Source of the DNA: an uncultured Acidobacteriota bacterium
Lineage (GTDB): Bacteria > Acidobacteriota > Terriglobia > UBA7540
Reading direction: 5' to 3'
NCBI GenBank assembly: GCA_963804995.1
Contig: CAWDSK010000003.1
Coordinates: forward strand, 1,632,001-1,696,000
Length of the DNA: 64,000 nt
Shown: one piece after another, positions 29,662 through 38,767 of the stretch
Position numbering within the stretch: position 1 is the first letter of the stretch
How the letters are laid out: the number at the start of each line of letters is the position of its first letter
Translations under genes and position numbers: made by a program
The notes under the pieces: model-generated
What the model was told of the DNA's origin: nothing
Database searches by the model: none
What the model saw: only the letters and a program-made list of their open reading frames with translations

Positions 29662-29933
29662 GCTAACCCATGATGTACCAGAAAACAAAGGTACTTAGGG
29701 GTAAAATGGCAGAAATGTCCAAACGCCTATGTATTTGAAGTTAAATAACTTAGTTCGATCCGACGGCGTGGGCGCGGTGAAACAGGGGGAATTAAAAATG
29801 AAGGTTCATCCCATGATGTTGTTGAAAACACATGTAGAAAAAATGTCAGTTTAAGGCTAACCCACTATGTTTATGAAAATTAAGCTAGTTATAGTCGCTA
29901 ACCCATGATGTTTATGAAAAGAAAGGGAGTTAG
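29662..29933 (+). repeat. AT-rich five-box non-coding element, copy 2
   Basis: Boxes GCTAACCCATGATGT..GAAAA.AAAG...TTAG with ATGT cores at 29673, 29729, 29816, 29867, 29908. Confidence 0.8.
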
Positions 29934-30010
29934 AGAAAAATGCTAGAGATGGAATTCGTGGTTCGGATTTTCTGGATTACAATAGAACCCTGATAAGGCT
30001 CTCCAGACCG

Positions 30011-32215
30011 ATGAGCAAGAAACCTCAAGCCGTAATTGCTGACCAGCCCCCCAGGCAGGTGAACATCAGTGTCCAGCGTTATTTTGAGATTTCCCTTTTG
30101 CTGATGCTGACCACCGGCTTTTTTACGATCGCCACCACTGGCAAGCTTGATGTCATTTCCATCATCGGGATGTCCAGTGCGTTGATCGTCAAGCTGTGGA
30201 GCTATGTGCGCGGCGACGAGCTCTCCCTCACGCCCAAGACGGTCACGCGCATTTCCATCTTTTACATCTTCTTTTACGGCCTCGATTTCCTGATCTTTTC
30301 TTCCGGCCCCAGCCCCATTGACCGCATGCTCTCCGCCACGGTGCACATGGTTCTGTTCACGGCGGTCATGAAGATTTTTTCAGCGCGGACCTACCGTGAC
30401 TACGGTTATCTGGCGACGCTCTCATTCCTGATGATGCTGGCGAGCGCCGTCCTGACGGTGGGCACGACCTTCCTGGTCTTCTTCACGCTGTACGTGCTCT
30501 GTGCCATTTCGACCTTCATCAGTTACGAAATCAAGCGGGGAGTGGAAGCGGCGCGGCGGGCGCCCGAAGGGCCTTTCCGGATTCCCGAGCAAAACCGCCG
30601 GGCCATCGAGAAAGCTCTGATGACGGCGGCGGTATGCCTGGCGATGGGAATCTTCCTGCTGGCCGGGGTCCTTTTCTTCGTCATCCCGCGGTACCGGAGC
30701 GGATACCTCACCGCTCTTTCCATGCAGACGCAGAACATTACGGGCTTTTCCGAATCCGTCAACCTGGGAGATATCCGCAAAATCCTGCGTTCACCCCTGG
30801 TGGTGATGCGCATCATGCCGGAGGGCAACCCCCGCGAGTATGTGAGCGTGAAATGGCGCGGGGTCAGCCTGAACAGCTTTGACGGTAAGCATTGGTTCAA
30901 TGACAACACGGAACAATTCCCGCTCCAGCCCGCTTCCTATCAGCGCTTCCTGATTCCGCCTCCGGACGGTTGGGAGCGCCGTCCGCACCGTCCCTTGCGC
31001 TACCGCGTCCTGCGCGCCGCCCTTTCCACCGACGTGCTCTTCGCCGCCGCGGAACCGCGTGAGCTCAGTGCGCAAATCCGGCTGTTAAGCCTGGACCAGA
31101 CCGGCTCGCTGCACAATCCGCAGAACGCCAACCTGCCTTTTGCTTACTCCGTGGTCTCTGAGACCGGCCTTCCCCCGGTGGCGGATCTGCGGAAAGCTCC
31201 GGCCCAGTCCTCCGACGAGATTCGGATGATCTATCTCCGCCTGCCCCAGATGGATCCGCGGGTGGGCGAACTGGCCCGCACCGTGACGGGGTCCGCGACC
31301 AACAATTACGATCGCGCCTTCGCCATCCAGTCTTACCTGCGCAACAACTTCCGGTACACGCTTGACCCTCCCTCGATTGAGCCGGCCGATCCCATCGGCA
31401 GCTTCCTGTTCAAATCCAAGTCAGGGTATTGCGAGTATTTTGCCGCCGCCATGGCGGTGATGCTGCGCACGCTGGGTGTCCCCGCCCGGCTGGTGAACGG
31501 GTTTCAGACGGGCGCCTACAACCGCATCGGCAAGGATTTTGTGGTGCGCGCTCGCGACGCTCATAGCTGGGTGGAAGCTTACTTCCCCGGCTACGGCTGG
31601 ATCCCTTTCGACCCCACCCCGGCGGACCCCAATCCTGTCGTTCCCAGCGAATGGGATGATTACGTCGATGCGGCGGCGCTCTTCTGGAATGAGTGGATCA
31701 TCAACTACGACTTCGGCCACCAGGTGCAATTGGCGCGGGAACTTGAGCAGGATTCCCATAACTTCCAACAGGACTTTCGCCGGCGCACTCTGAGACTTAA
31801 GCGCCAGGGAATTCGCGCCGCGTTTCGCATCGAGGGCTGGCTGATCTCGCACAAGTTCCTGGTGCTGGCCATCATGCTCTCCATCCTGGCAGGACTAATT
31901 CTGACCGACAAGAGTGGCAGACTGGCCGAGATGCGCTTCCTGCTGGCATGGAAATTTGCCCGGCAAAATGCGGCACTCAGCCCGCGCGAAGCCACGCTCA
32001 CCTATCAGCGCCTTCTCCAGGCCCTGCGCAAGAAAGGGTATCGCAAGACGCCTTCCCAAACGCCCCAGGAATTCGCCTTCTCCTTCCTCGGCACCCCCTG
32101 GGGACCGGGCGTGATGGAGTTCACGAAACTGTATAACCGGCTGCGCTTCGGACGAGCCACCGTTTCGATCGCCCGCCTGCGGCAGATTCTGGAGGACCTG
32201 GCGAGGGGTAAATAG
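30011..32215 (+). CDS. DUF3488/transglutaminase-like (TgpA-type) membrane protein
   Basis: N-terminal TM bundle, GYCEYFA, LRTLGVPARLVNGF, AHSWVE.YFPG.GWIPFDPTP. Confidence 0.92.
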   Translation: MSKKPQAVIADQPPRQVNISVQRYFEISLLLMLTTGFFTIATTGKLDVISIIGMSSALIVKLWSYVRGDELSLTPKTVTRISIFYIFFYGLDFLIFSSGPSPIDRMLSATVHMVLFTAVMKIFSARTYRDYGYLATLSFLMMLASAVLTVGTTFLVFFTLYVLCAISTFISYEIKRGVEAARRAPEGPFRIPEQNRRAIEKALMTAAVCLAMGIFLLAGVLFFVIPRYRSGYLTALSMQTQNITGFSESVNLGDIRKILRSPLVVMRIMPEGNPREYVSVKWRGVSLNSFDGKHWFNDNTEQFPLQPASYQRFLIPPPDGWERRPHRPLRYRVLRAALSTDVLFAAAEPRELSAQIRLLSLDQTGSLHNPQNANLPFAYSVVSETGLPPVADLRKAPAQSSDEIRMIYLRLPQMDPRVGELARTVTGSATNNYDRAFAIQSYLRNNFRYTLDPPSIEPADPIGSFLFKSKSGYCEYFAAAMAVMLRTLGVPARLVNGFQTGAYNRIGKDFVVRARDAHSWVEAYFPGYGWIPFDPTPADPNPVVPSEWDDYVDAAALFWNEWIINYDFGHQVQLARELEQDSHNFQQDFRRRTLRLKRQGIRAAFRIEGWLISHKFLVLAIMLSILAGLILTDKSGRLAEMRFLLAWKFARQNAALSPREATLTYQRLLQALRKKGYRKTPSQTPQEFAFSFLGTPWGPGVMEFTKLYNRLRFGRATVSIARLRQILEDLARGK

Positions 32216-32304
32216 AACTCCGACCCCTCTGTCGCCGCGGCGACCGAGGGGGGATTAATTCGAACCTACTTGAATGAGAGAGGGAGGTTGATTTGAATTA
32301 ATAA

Positions 32305-32379
32305 CCCTCGCCCCTTTGGGGGAGAGGGTGGCCCGCAACCGGCGCTGTCACCAGCCGGGGCGGGACGGGTGAGGGGGTC
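32305..32379 (+). repeat. REP-like element (CCCTC/GAGGG family)
   Basis: Near-identical to 62442-62516; lies between convergent genes. Confidence 0.8.
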
Positions 32380-32500
32380 ACCGAGGGACGAATCGAGATG
32401 TCATTCCCTAAAATCCATTAGGTGAATTTTGATCCTACAGCCTCACCCCCGGCGAGCGGCAGAGAAGCTGAGCGCTGATAGCTGATGGCTGAAAGCTGCT

Positions 32501-33244
32501 TTACGGAATCGACTTCCCGCCATCCACGGAGAACACCTGCCCGGTGATGAACTCGCTGTGGGTGGCAAGAAAGAGAACCATTTGCGCAATGTCGTCGGCC
32601 TCGCCGGCTTTCTGCAGGGGTGTAGTGCGGATGATCTTCTTGATGGTTGCAGTGCGCTCTTCATCCGGAAACAGGATGGTCCCCGGCGCCACACTGTTGA
32701 CGCGGATCGTCGGGGCCAGAGTTTTCGCCAGCGAGCGCGTCAGGGAGATGAGCCCCGCCTTGGACGCGCAGTAATGCATGTAGCTCGGCCAGGCCTGCAA
32801 GCCACCCAGCGAGGAGATGTTGATGATATTTCCGCGGCCCTGCCGCAGCATGATTCGCGCCGCCGCCTGCGCGCAAAAGAACGGCCCCTTGAGATTGATT
32901 CCCAGAAGCCGGTCCCAATCTTTTTCCGTAAGCTTATCCCAGCTCACGGCAAAAAACGCGCCGGCGTTGTTGACCAGAATATCCAGGCGGCCGAAGCGCT
33001 TTTCGATGTTGCGGAACATGGCCGTGACCTGTTTCGGCCGTGCCACGTCCGCGCGGAGGGCCAGCGCGCGCACTCCCAGCGCGGCTATCTCACGCACCGC
33101 GGACTGCGCCCCGTCGCGTGATTGATGGTAGTTTACGATGACGTCCGCGCCGGCGCGGGCAAGGGTCAAAGCAATGGCCCGCCCCATGCGCTTTCCGCCG
33201 CCGGTCACTAACGCCACCTGATTCTGAAGAGGTTGTTTTGTCAT
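32501..33244 (-). CDS. SDR family oxidoreductase (pteridine reductase/FabG-like)
   Basis: TGGGKRMG, NNAG, YCASK, RVNSVAPG, FITGQ..VDGG. Confidence 0.9.
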   Translation of the reverse strand: MTKQPLQNQVALVTGGGKRMGRAIALTLARAGADVIVNYHQSRDGAQSAVREIAALGVRALALRADVARPKQVTAMFRNIEKRFGRLDILVNNAGAFFAVSWDKLTEKDWDRLLGINLKGPFFCAQAAARIMLRQGRGNIINISSLGGLQAWPSYMHYCASKAGLISLTRSLAKTLAPTIRVNSVAPGTILFPDEERTATIKKIIRTTPLQKAGEADDIAQMVLFLATHSEFITGQVFSVDGGKSIP

Positions 33245-33390
33245 GGTGCCTAGATTGAAAACATCCTGCGAGCGATTGTCAAGGGGGGAGTGCACAAGTT
33301 AATTCTTGTTCCCGCGCAGAATCCGGCGTGAGGCCGTTGTCCGGCCTTGACGCTCCTCCGCCCTTCCCCATAGAATCCGGAGAGAGGCAG

Positions 33391-33663
33391 ATGATTGAAG
33401 TTGTACTCTACACCAAGCCCGGGTGCTGTCTGTGCGACACGGTGAAAGCGCAGCTCCACAGGCTCAAAGCTGCTCAGCCTTTCGAGCTTCGGGAAGTTAA
33501 TATCCTCGAAGACCACGCTGCGTACGAAAAATTTCAAGAGGAGATTCCGGTGGTTTTCATCGACGGCCGCAAGGCATTCAAGTATCACCTGGACGAGAAA
33601 GACTTCTTGCGGCGGCTCGAATCGCGACGGGGACAAGGGAGCGTATCGAACCATGGAAGTTGA
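33391..33663 (+). CDS. Glutaredoxin-like protein (DUF836 type)
   Basis: YTKPGCCLC, IPVVFIDG; overlaps the bshB1 start. Confidence 0.85.
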   Translation: MIEVVLYTKPGCCLCDTVKAQLHRLKAAQPFELREVNILEDHAAYEKFQEEIPVVFIDGRKAFKYHLDEKDFLRRLESRRGQGSVSNHGS

Positions 33664-34366
33664 TATCCTGGCCATTGCCGCGCATCCGGACGACATCGAA
33701 ATCACCTGCGGGGGCACCGTCATCAAGATGGTGGAAGCGGGCTACCGGGTGGGTATTCTGGACCTCACCGCGGGCGAAACCGGCACCCGCGGCGATGCGG
33801 CCCGGCGCGAGAAAGAAGCGCGCCGTGCGGCCAAAACGCTGGGAGTGGTCCACCGGGAGAATCTCAACATTCCCGATGCCGGAGTGGAGAATAATCGCGA
33901 AAACAAACTAAGGGTCGCGCAGAAGATTCGCGACTTGAAACCCCACACGGTGATTCTGCCCTATTGGAAAGGCCGCCATCCCGACCACTACACCACCGGA
34001 CTCCTTGGTTACGAGGCGTGCTTCCTCGCCGGACTCGCCAAGTTGCCGCTCAAAGGCAAGCCACACCGCCCTTTCAAGATCATCTACGCCTCACAGTACG
34101 TGCCAACCGTGCGCCCCACCTTCGTGGTTGATATTACCGGGCAGTTCGAGAAGAAACTCAAAGCCATATTCTGTTTTTCCTCGCAGTTTTCGCCACCCAA
34201 GGAATTGCAGAACCTCTTCCCTTCCCGGGCCGACATCAACGCGCGCATGGGGTCGGAAGCCCGCCACTTCGGGCATATGATCGGCGTGCGTTACGGCGAG
34301 CCCTTCGTAACCCGTGAAATCTCAAGCGTGGAAGACATCGTGAACCTGCCGGTGAAATCCATATAA
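33653..34366 (+). CDS. bshB1: Bacillithiol biosynthesis deacetylase (PIG-L family)
   Basis: AHPDDIE, DLTAGETGTRG, RHPDH, IGVRYGEPF. Confidence 0.85.
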   Translation: MEVDILAIAAHPDDIEITCGGTVIKMVEAGYRVGILDLTAGETGTRGDAARREKEARRAAKTLGVVHRENLNIPDAGVENNRENKLRVAQKIRDLKPHTVILPYWKGRHPDHYTTGLLGYEACFLAGLAKLPLKGKPHRPFKIIYASQYVPTVRPTFVVDITGQFEKKLKAIFCFSSQFSPPKELQNLFPSRADINARMGSEARHFGHMIGVRYGEPFVTREISSVEDIVNLPVKSI

Positions 34367-34420
34367 GCACCGTGCGGGGAGGGCGCATCTTCCGATCACA
34401 TCAGCGTCCGGACCCGGTCA

Positions 34421-34449
34421 TTGCTAAAGGCACAGGAAAGCTGTACATT
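34421..34449 (+). promoter_or_regulatory. yefM-yoeB promoter with TGTACA operator core
   Basis: TTGCTA-N17-TACATT; TGTACA palindrome at 34442-34447 is the known YefM operator core. Confidence 0.6.
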
Positions 34450-34466
34450 AAGGATGGAGGTGTCTA

Positions 34467-34754
34467 TTGCCCGTCGAGACTACTTACACGAGTTTGCGGC
34501 AAAGGCTCGCCTCGGTGTTGAAGCAGGTAGCTGAGGATCAGGAAGTTGTCATCGTGCGCCGCAGGAGGGCCAAGGATGTCGCTCTGGTTCCCGCCGAGGA
34601 ACTGGCGGGCCTGATGGAGACGGCTTTTCTGCTGCGCTCCCCGAAAAACGCCCGACGGCTGCTGACTGCCTTGCGGCGGGCTAAAGACCGAACCGGCCGC
34701 CCTGAATCCGTCGAGAAGCTGCGCCAGGAGATGGGACTTGCCCCCAGGCGCTGA
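34467..34754 (+). CDS. yefM: Phd/YefM-family antitoxin
   Basis: TYTSLRQRL, LMETAFLLRSPKNARRL. Confidence 0.88.
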   Translation: MPVETTYTSLRQRLASVLKQVAEDQEVVIVRRRRAKDVALVPAEELAGLMETAFLLRSPKNARRLLTALRRAKDRTGRPESVEKLRQEMGLAPRR

Positions 34755-35010
34755 CCGCGAAGCAGTTTTTCACCCCGAGTTCCGTCAAGACTTGCGGCAC
34801 TGGATCGAGACCGACCGCAAGATTGCTTTCCGCATCCTGGAACTTGTCGAAGCCGTGCTCAGCGATCCCTTTACGGGCATCGGCAAACCCGAGCCGCTTA
34901 AATACGTGCTGGCGGGATGCTGGTCGCGCAGAATCACGCAGGAACATCGGCTGGTTTACAAGGTAACCGCACACCGAATTGACTTCCTGCAAGCGCGCTA
35001 TCACTACTGA
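34738..35010 (+). CDS. yoeB: Txe/YoeB-family toxin
   Basis: PFTGIGKPEPLK, WSRRITQEHRLVY, ARYHY. Confidence 0.93.
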   Translation: MPPGADREAVFHPEFRQDLRHWIETDRKIAFRILELVEAVLSDPFTGIGKPEPLKYVLAGCWSRRITQEHRLVYKVTAHRIDFLQARYHY

Positions 35011-35082
35011 GCACAGCGTCGCGAGTCTTTCTGGAAAAAACGTTGGTAAGAGTTTACGGACTCATTAAATTCATCGTCAGGC

Positions 35083-35706
35083 TTACGCAACCCGCAGGCG
35101 ATTCTTCCAGCGATTATGGATAAACCAGACGGCAGCAACAACGATGAAGACTCCCAGGACCGCATCGAAGCGATGGAAGTATTCGCGGAGGGTCATCCAA
35201 CGCTCGCCGAGTTTCAATCCGGCATAGGCCAGCGCCAGGCACCAGGGCAGGGATCCCAGAAAGGTATAGAGGTGGAAGCGCGCCACGTTCATGCGCGAGA
35301 CGCCGGCGGGGAACGCAATGAAGGTGCGGATCACGGGCAGGAGACGCGCGATGAACACGGCCCAATCGCCGTAGCGGGCAAAGAAGCGGTCGGCCATTTC
35401 GAGGTCGTGGTGAGTAACCAGCAGCCAACGCCCGTATTTTTCCACCAGCGGCCGGCCTCCCGCTGATCCGACGTAATAGGCCACGAGCGACCCCAAATTG
35501 CATCCCAGGGCGCCCGCAAGCGCCACCCAGGCCAATCGAAAACGGCCCGTAAAGACCAGAAACCCTGAAAAGGGCATGATGACTTCCGAGGGCAGAGGGA
35601 TGCAGGCAGATTCGACCGCCATGAGCAGGACGATTCCCAGGTAGCCTGTCTGGGAGATTACCGCGATGATAAAGCCCGCAAGGAATTCGAGGATGGCAGA
35701 GACCAT
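35083..35706 (-). CDS. DedA family membrane protein
   Basis: ESACIPLPSEVIMPFSG, RLLPVIRTFIAFPAG. Confidence 0.92.
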   Translation of the reverse strand: MVSAILEFLAGFIIAVISQTGYLGIVLLMAVESACIPLPSEVIMPFSGFLVFTGRFRLAWVALAGALGCNLGSLVAYYVGSAGGRPLVEKYGRWLLVTHHDLEMADRFFARYGDWAVFIARLLPVIRTFIAFPAGVSRMNVARFHLYTFLGSLPWCLALAYAGLKLGERWMTLREYFHRFDAVLGVFIVVAAVWFIHNRWKNRLRVA

Positions 35707-35785
35707 AGGAGATTTTTTCTGGAAAGTGAGGAACGTACACTCGCGCGAGCCGCGCTTTGGGGAGTCCTCGCGAGGCGGGGAGCCG

Positions 35786-36007
35786 CTAAAAAGCCTCCGA
35801 CTCTTGCGTGAAGACATAACCGGGGAGGGTTACGCCCTCCGCTGTCTTCTCGACCTTTACCCGGCGAACATCCGTATCCGTCCCGCCCACTTTTCTCAAG
35901 ACAGCGTAAGAGGCAAATACCTCCGAGTAGATTTTGGTGACCAGCCAGTTTTCGCTCGTCCCGACAAATTGCCAGATTTGACCCAGTTGAATCGAGGAAA
36001 CAGCCAC
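35786..36007 (-). CDS. Small hypothetical protein (73 aa)
   Basis: AGGAG RBS, protein-like composition, co-oriented with dedA. Confidence 0.7.
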   Translation of the reverse strand: MAVSSIQLGQIWQFVGTSENWLVTKIYSEVFASYAVLRKVGGTDTDVRRVKVEKTAEGVTLPGYVFTQESEAF

Positions 36008-36534
36008 GCTCTAATACTCCTCTACAGGGGGACGGCATCCTGTGACAGGAAATTGGATCTAAACCCTCGGTTGAAGACCGATTTTACTAATCTAACTGCC
36101 CGAAGATGCAGAGTCAATAGCCATCCTGCCTGGCGACGAAAGAAGTCGTTCACTTCCCTCCCCCCCGTTAGACGGTATGGGCAATTTCAGCAATGCGTTG
36201 ATAAGATAAAGGTTAGGCAGGGGTTCCCCCTCGGAGAAGCCAATCCAGGGTCTCACTCACCTACCTCCACGACTCCCTCGGCTGTCCTTTGCCGATCTGG
36301 ATTGCCCCCCTTCCCCGTCTCGGTCCATTTTCCTATCTGCACCCGAAAGGCATGCAACCTCTGTGCGGTCAATCTAATCCAACAGACGGGAGAATCCGGA
36401 AGAAGCCTTAGCAGGCCGAAGCGGAATGACACGAAGTGGAAGCCGATGGCAGTAGCTGAGACACCCGCACTGGAAAAAGTAAACAGCGATCAAGCCTGCG
36501 CAAGGTGGTACAATCAGTGGTGAGGAGTAAAGCC

Positions 36535-37530
36535 ATGAGGAAGCCGCGTTTTACGGCGCTATTGCTGGTGGGCATGCTGTGCCTAGCCTCGCTTCCCGGT
36601 CGCGGCGAGAATAAAAAGGAAGACGTTGACGATATCGGCAATCGCAAGGTCGCCCACTGGAGCATCATCTCTCAGGAGAAAGAGATTGCCATCGGCAAGC
36701 AATACGCAACGGAGATTGAGCGCTCCGCGAAAATCCTCAAAGATCCGGTGGTCAACGAGTACGTGAACCGCGTGTCTCAGAACCTGGCGCGCAACTCTGA
36801 CCTGAACATCCCTCTGACGGTTAAAGTGATTGACGATCCCTCCATCAATGCCTTCACCTTGCCGGGCGGATTTATCTACGTGAACACCGGAACCCTGCTC
36901 GCTACCGACGAGGAGGACCAACTGGCTGGAGTTATCGCGCATGAAATAGGCCACGCGGCGGCGCGTCACTGGGCCAGCACAATGACCAAGGCCACCCTCC
37001 TGCAGTATGGGATGATCCCCTTGATGTTCATCCCCATGTCCGCGGCGGTCTACTACGGCGTGATGGAAGCTTACTTGAACGGTGTGCCGATCGCCTTCCT
37101 GAAATTCAGCCGCAAGGATGAGGAGGAGGCCGATTTTCTGGGCTTGCAGTATATGTTCAAGGCAGGTTACGACCCGAACGCCTTCGTCGGCTTCTTCGGC
37201 AAAGTCATGGATGAAGAGCGGCGAAGTCCCGGGAGCATGTCCTCCGTCTTCGCCACCCACCCTCCCACCGGCGATCGCATCATCAAGTCCGAGGAGGAAA
37301 TCCAGAAGATCCTGCCGAAGCGTGACCAGTATCTGGTGTCCAATTCGGAATTCGATGATGTCAAAGCCCGCTTGCAAACTGTGATCAGTCAGCGTAAGAA
37401 ACAGAAGGGCGAATCCGGGCCCACGTTGCGCAAACGCGAGCCCACTGACCAGACGACGACTCAAACCGGACAGCCGAAACCCTCGGATCAAGGCGATGAC
37501 CAGCCGCCCGTGCTGAAGCGTCGCGACTAA
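36535..37530 (+). CDS. Exported M48-family zinc metalloprotease
   Basis: Signal peptide, INAFTLPGG, HEIGH, FSR..E.EAD, THP. Confidence 0.92.
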   Translation: MRKPRFTALLLVGMLCLASLPGRGENKKEDVDDIGNRKVAHWSIISQEKEIAIGKQYATEIERSAKILKDPVVNEYVNRVSQNLARNSDLNIPLTVKVIDDPSINAFTLPGGFIYVNTGTLLATDEEDQLAGVIAHEIGHAAARHWASTMTKATLLQYGMIPLMFIPMSAAVYYGVMEAYLNGVPIAFLKFSRKDEEEADFLGLQYMFKAGYDPNAFVGFFGKVMDEERRSPGSMSSVFATHPPTGDRIIKSEEEIQKILPKRDQYLVSNSEFDDVKARLQTVISQRKKQKGESGPTLRKREPTDQTTTQTGQPKPSDQGDDQPPVLKRRD

Positions 37531-37622
37531 CAATTTCAAGAAATCTGGGATAGCTCAAGGCGTCCGAACCCGTGGGCGCCTTTCCTGTTTTCTGGGCAAC
37601 TCTGCTTGGGTAAGAATTCCGG

Positions 37623-37922
37623 TTAGAGATTTTTGGGGGAATGAAAGGCGATACCCAGCTTACGTAACTCGTCGTTGTAATACTTCCGGTAAAGGATTTC
37701 CCACTCTCCCCCACCTTCGGGAATAGTGCGTTTCTGGGAAGCAATGCGGGCCTTGACGATTTCGTCGATTTTCTCTTCCTCATGCATGAGGTCGGTGAGG
37801 ATCTTCACGGCTTCCTGGCGGATGGTGTTGAGCTCCTCGAAGATTTCCACCTCATCCAGCTCTCCAACCGCGTCCATGATCCGGTGCGATACCTGGATGA
37901 TTTTTTCGTGACTCATTTTCAT
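37623..37922 (-). CDS. DUF507 family protein
   Basis: EEKIDEIVK..I.SQKR.IPEGG.EWEILYRKYY. Confidence 0.8.
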   Translation of the reverse strand: MKMSHEKIIQVSHRIMDAVGELDEVEIFEELNTIRQEAVKILTDLMHEEEKIDEIVKARIASQKRTIPEGGGEWEILYRKYYNDELRKLGIAFHSPKNL

Positions 37923-37942
37923 CAGTTCAGCACACCATCCTG

Positions 37943-38221
37943 TCAGAGAATGACTTTTCGTTCCCGCACCAGCTGTTTCTTAATAGCTTTGAAAGCGTCT
38001 TCGTAAGTTGCTCCCAGTTGCTTCATCTCGTTGCCGTGTTGTTCCAGGATCTGTCGGACTTCATCATTAATGCGATCCTCGACACTCAACTCATCAAGCA
38101 TCACCTGGGTCATAACCTCGGTCACGTACTCGGGCTGGTCGTATTGGATCAAACCCGCCGTGGTGAGGCGTTTGAGAACCTGTTTGGCCATGTAGGCCAC
38201 GTATTCGCGTGGAAATTGCAT
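37943..38221 (-). CDS. DUF507 family protein
   Basis: ELSVEDRINDEVRQIL...FKAIKKQLVRERKVIL. Confidence 0.8.
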   Translation of the reverse strand: MQFPREYVAYMAKQVLKRLTTAGLIQYDQPEYVTEVMTQVMLDELSVEDRINDEVRQILEQHGNEMKQLGATYEDAFKAIKKQLVRERKVIL

Positions 38222-38240
38222 AGTTGGGTGAGCGTGTTCC

Positions 38241-38289
38241 TTGACGCTCAGAGAGGGCTAGTGTATATTTCATGGATTGGAACTGTCAA
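38241..38289. promoter_or_regulatory. Overlapping divergent sigma70 promoters (tRNA operon and DUF507 operon)
   Basis: Plus strand TTGACG-N17-TATATT (38241-38269); minus strand TTGACA-N18-TACACT (38289-38260). Confidence 0.65.
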
Positions 38290-38345
38290 GGTTCGTGTGC
38301 TGAGCCGGCTCGGCACCCAAGCTCTGCTCCGGCGGTAGAGGAGCC

Positions 38346-38422
38346 GGGCGGTTAGCTCAGTTGGTTAGAGCGTCTGCCTTACAAGCAGAAGGTCATCCGT
38401 TCGAGCCGGATACCGCCCACCA
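38346..38422 (+). tRNA. tRNA-Val (TAC)
   Basis: Cloverleaf GGGCGGT...ACCGCCCACCA, anticodon loop CTTACAA, TTCGA T-loop, encoded CCA. Confidence 0.97.
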
Positions 38423-38526
38423 GTAATAAAGTGTAGAGTGTATGGAGACAAGCTAGCTCTCTTACCTGGCTGAAATAGAAGCTCATAGCCTGTCACTCTT
38501 CACGTGCCAGTTGTCAATGGTTTTTC

Positions 38527-38603
38527 GGGGACGTAGTTCAGCTGGTTAGAACGCATGCCTGTCACGCATGAGGTCGCGGGTTCGAGTCCCGTCGTCCCCG
38601 CCA
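38527..38603 (+). tRNA. tRNA-Asp (GTC)
   Basis: Cloverleaf GGGGACG...CGTCCCCGCCA, anticodon loop CTGTCAC. Confidence 0.97.
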
Positions 38604-38767
38604 GCTAATCCCTTGGCTCACATTCCCGCCCTGTTCGGCCCAGCCGTCTGAAAAACTGAGGGTCTGGCTACCAACTAGGGTTATTGCACCGCCGACCATT
38701 AGCCCCCGGGCTGAGCGGGACGAAGGGTCGGGATTGTTGTTATGGCCATCAGGTGCTGACCTGAAGA

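Noticed and set aside
29662..29933. CRISPR array interpretation of the AT-rich boxes (also 1-250)
   Set aside because: Repeats are degenerate, periods are irregular (41-87 bp) and there are no cas genes in the window.
36050..36500. Possible ncRNA in the divergent intergenic region
   Set aside because: No recognisable family signature or convincing extended structure by eye.
35666..36523. 285-aa plus-strand ORF
   Set aside because: Antisense to two better-supported genes, atypical composition, no motifs.
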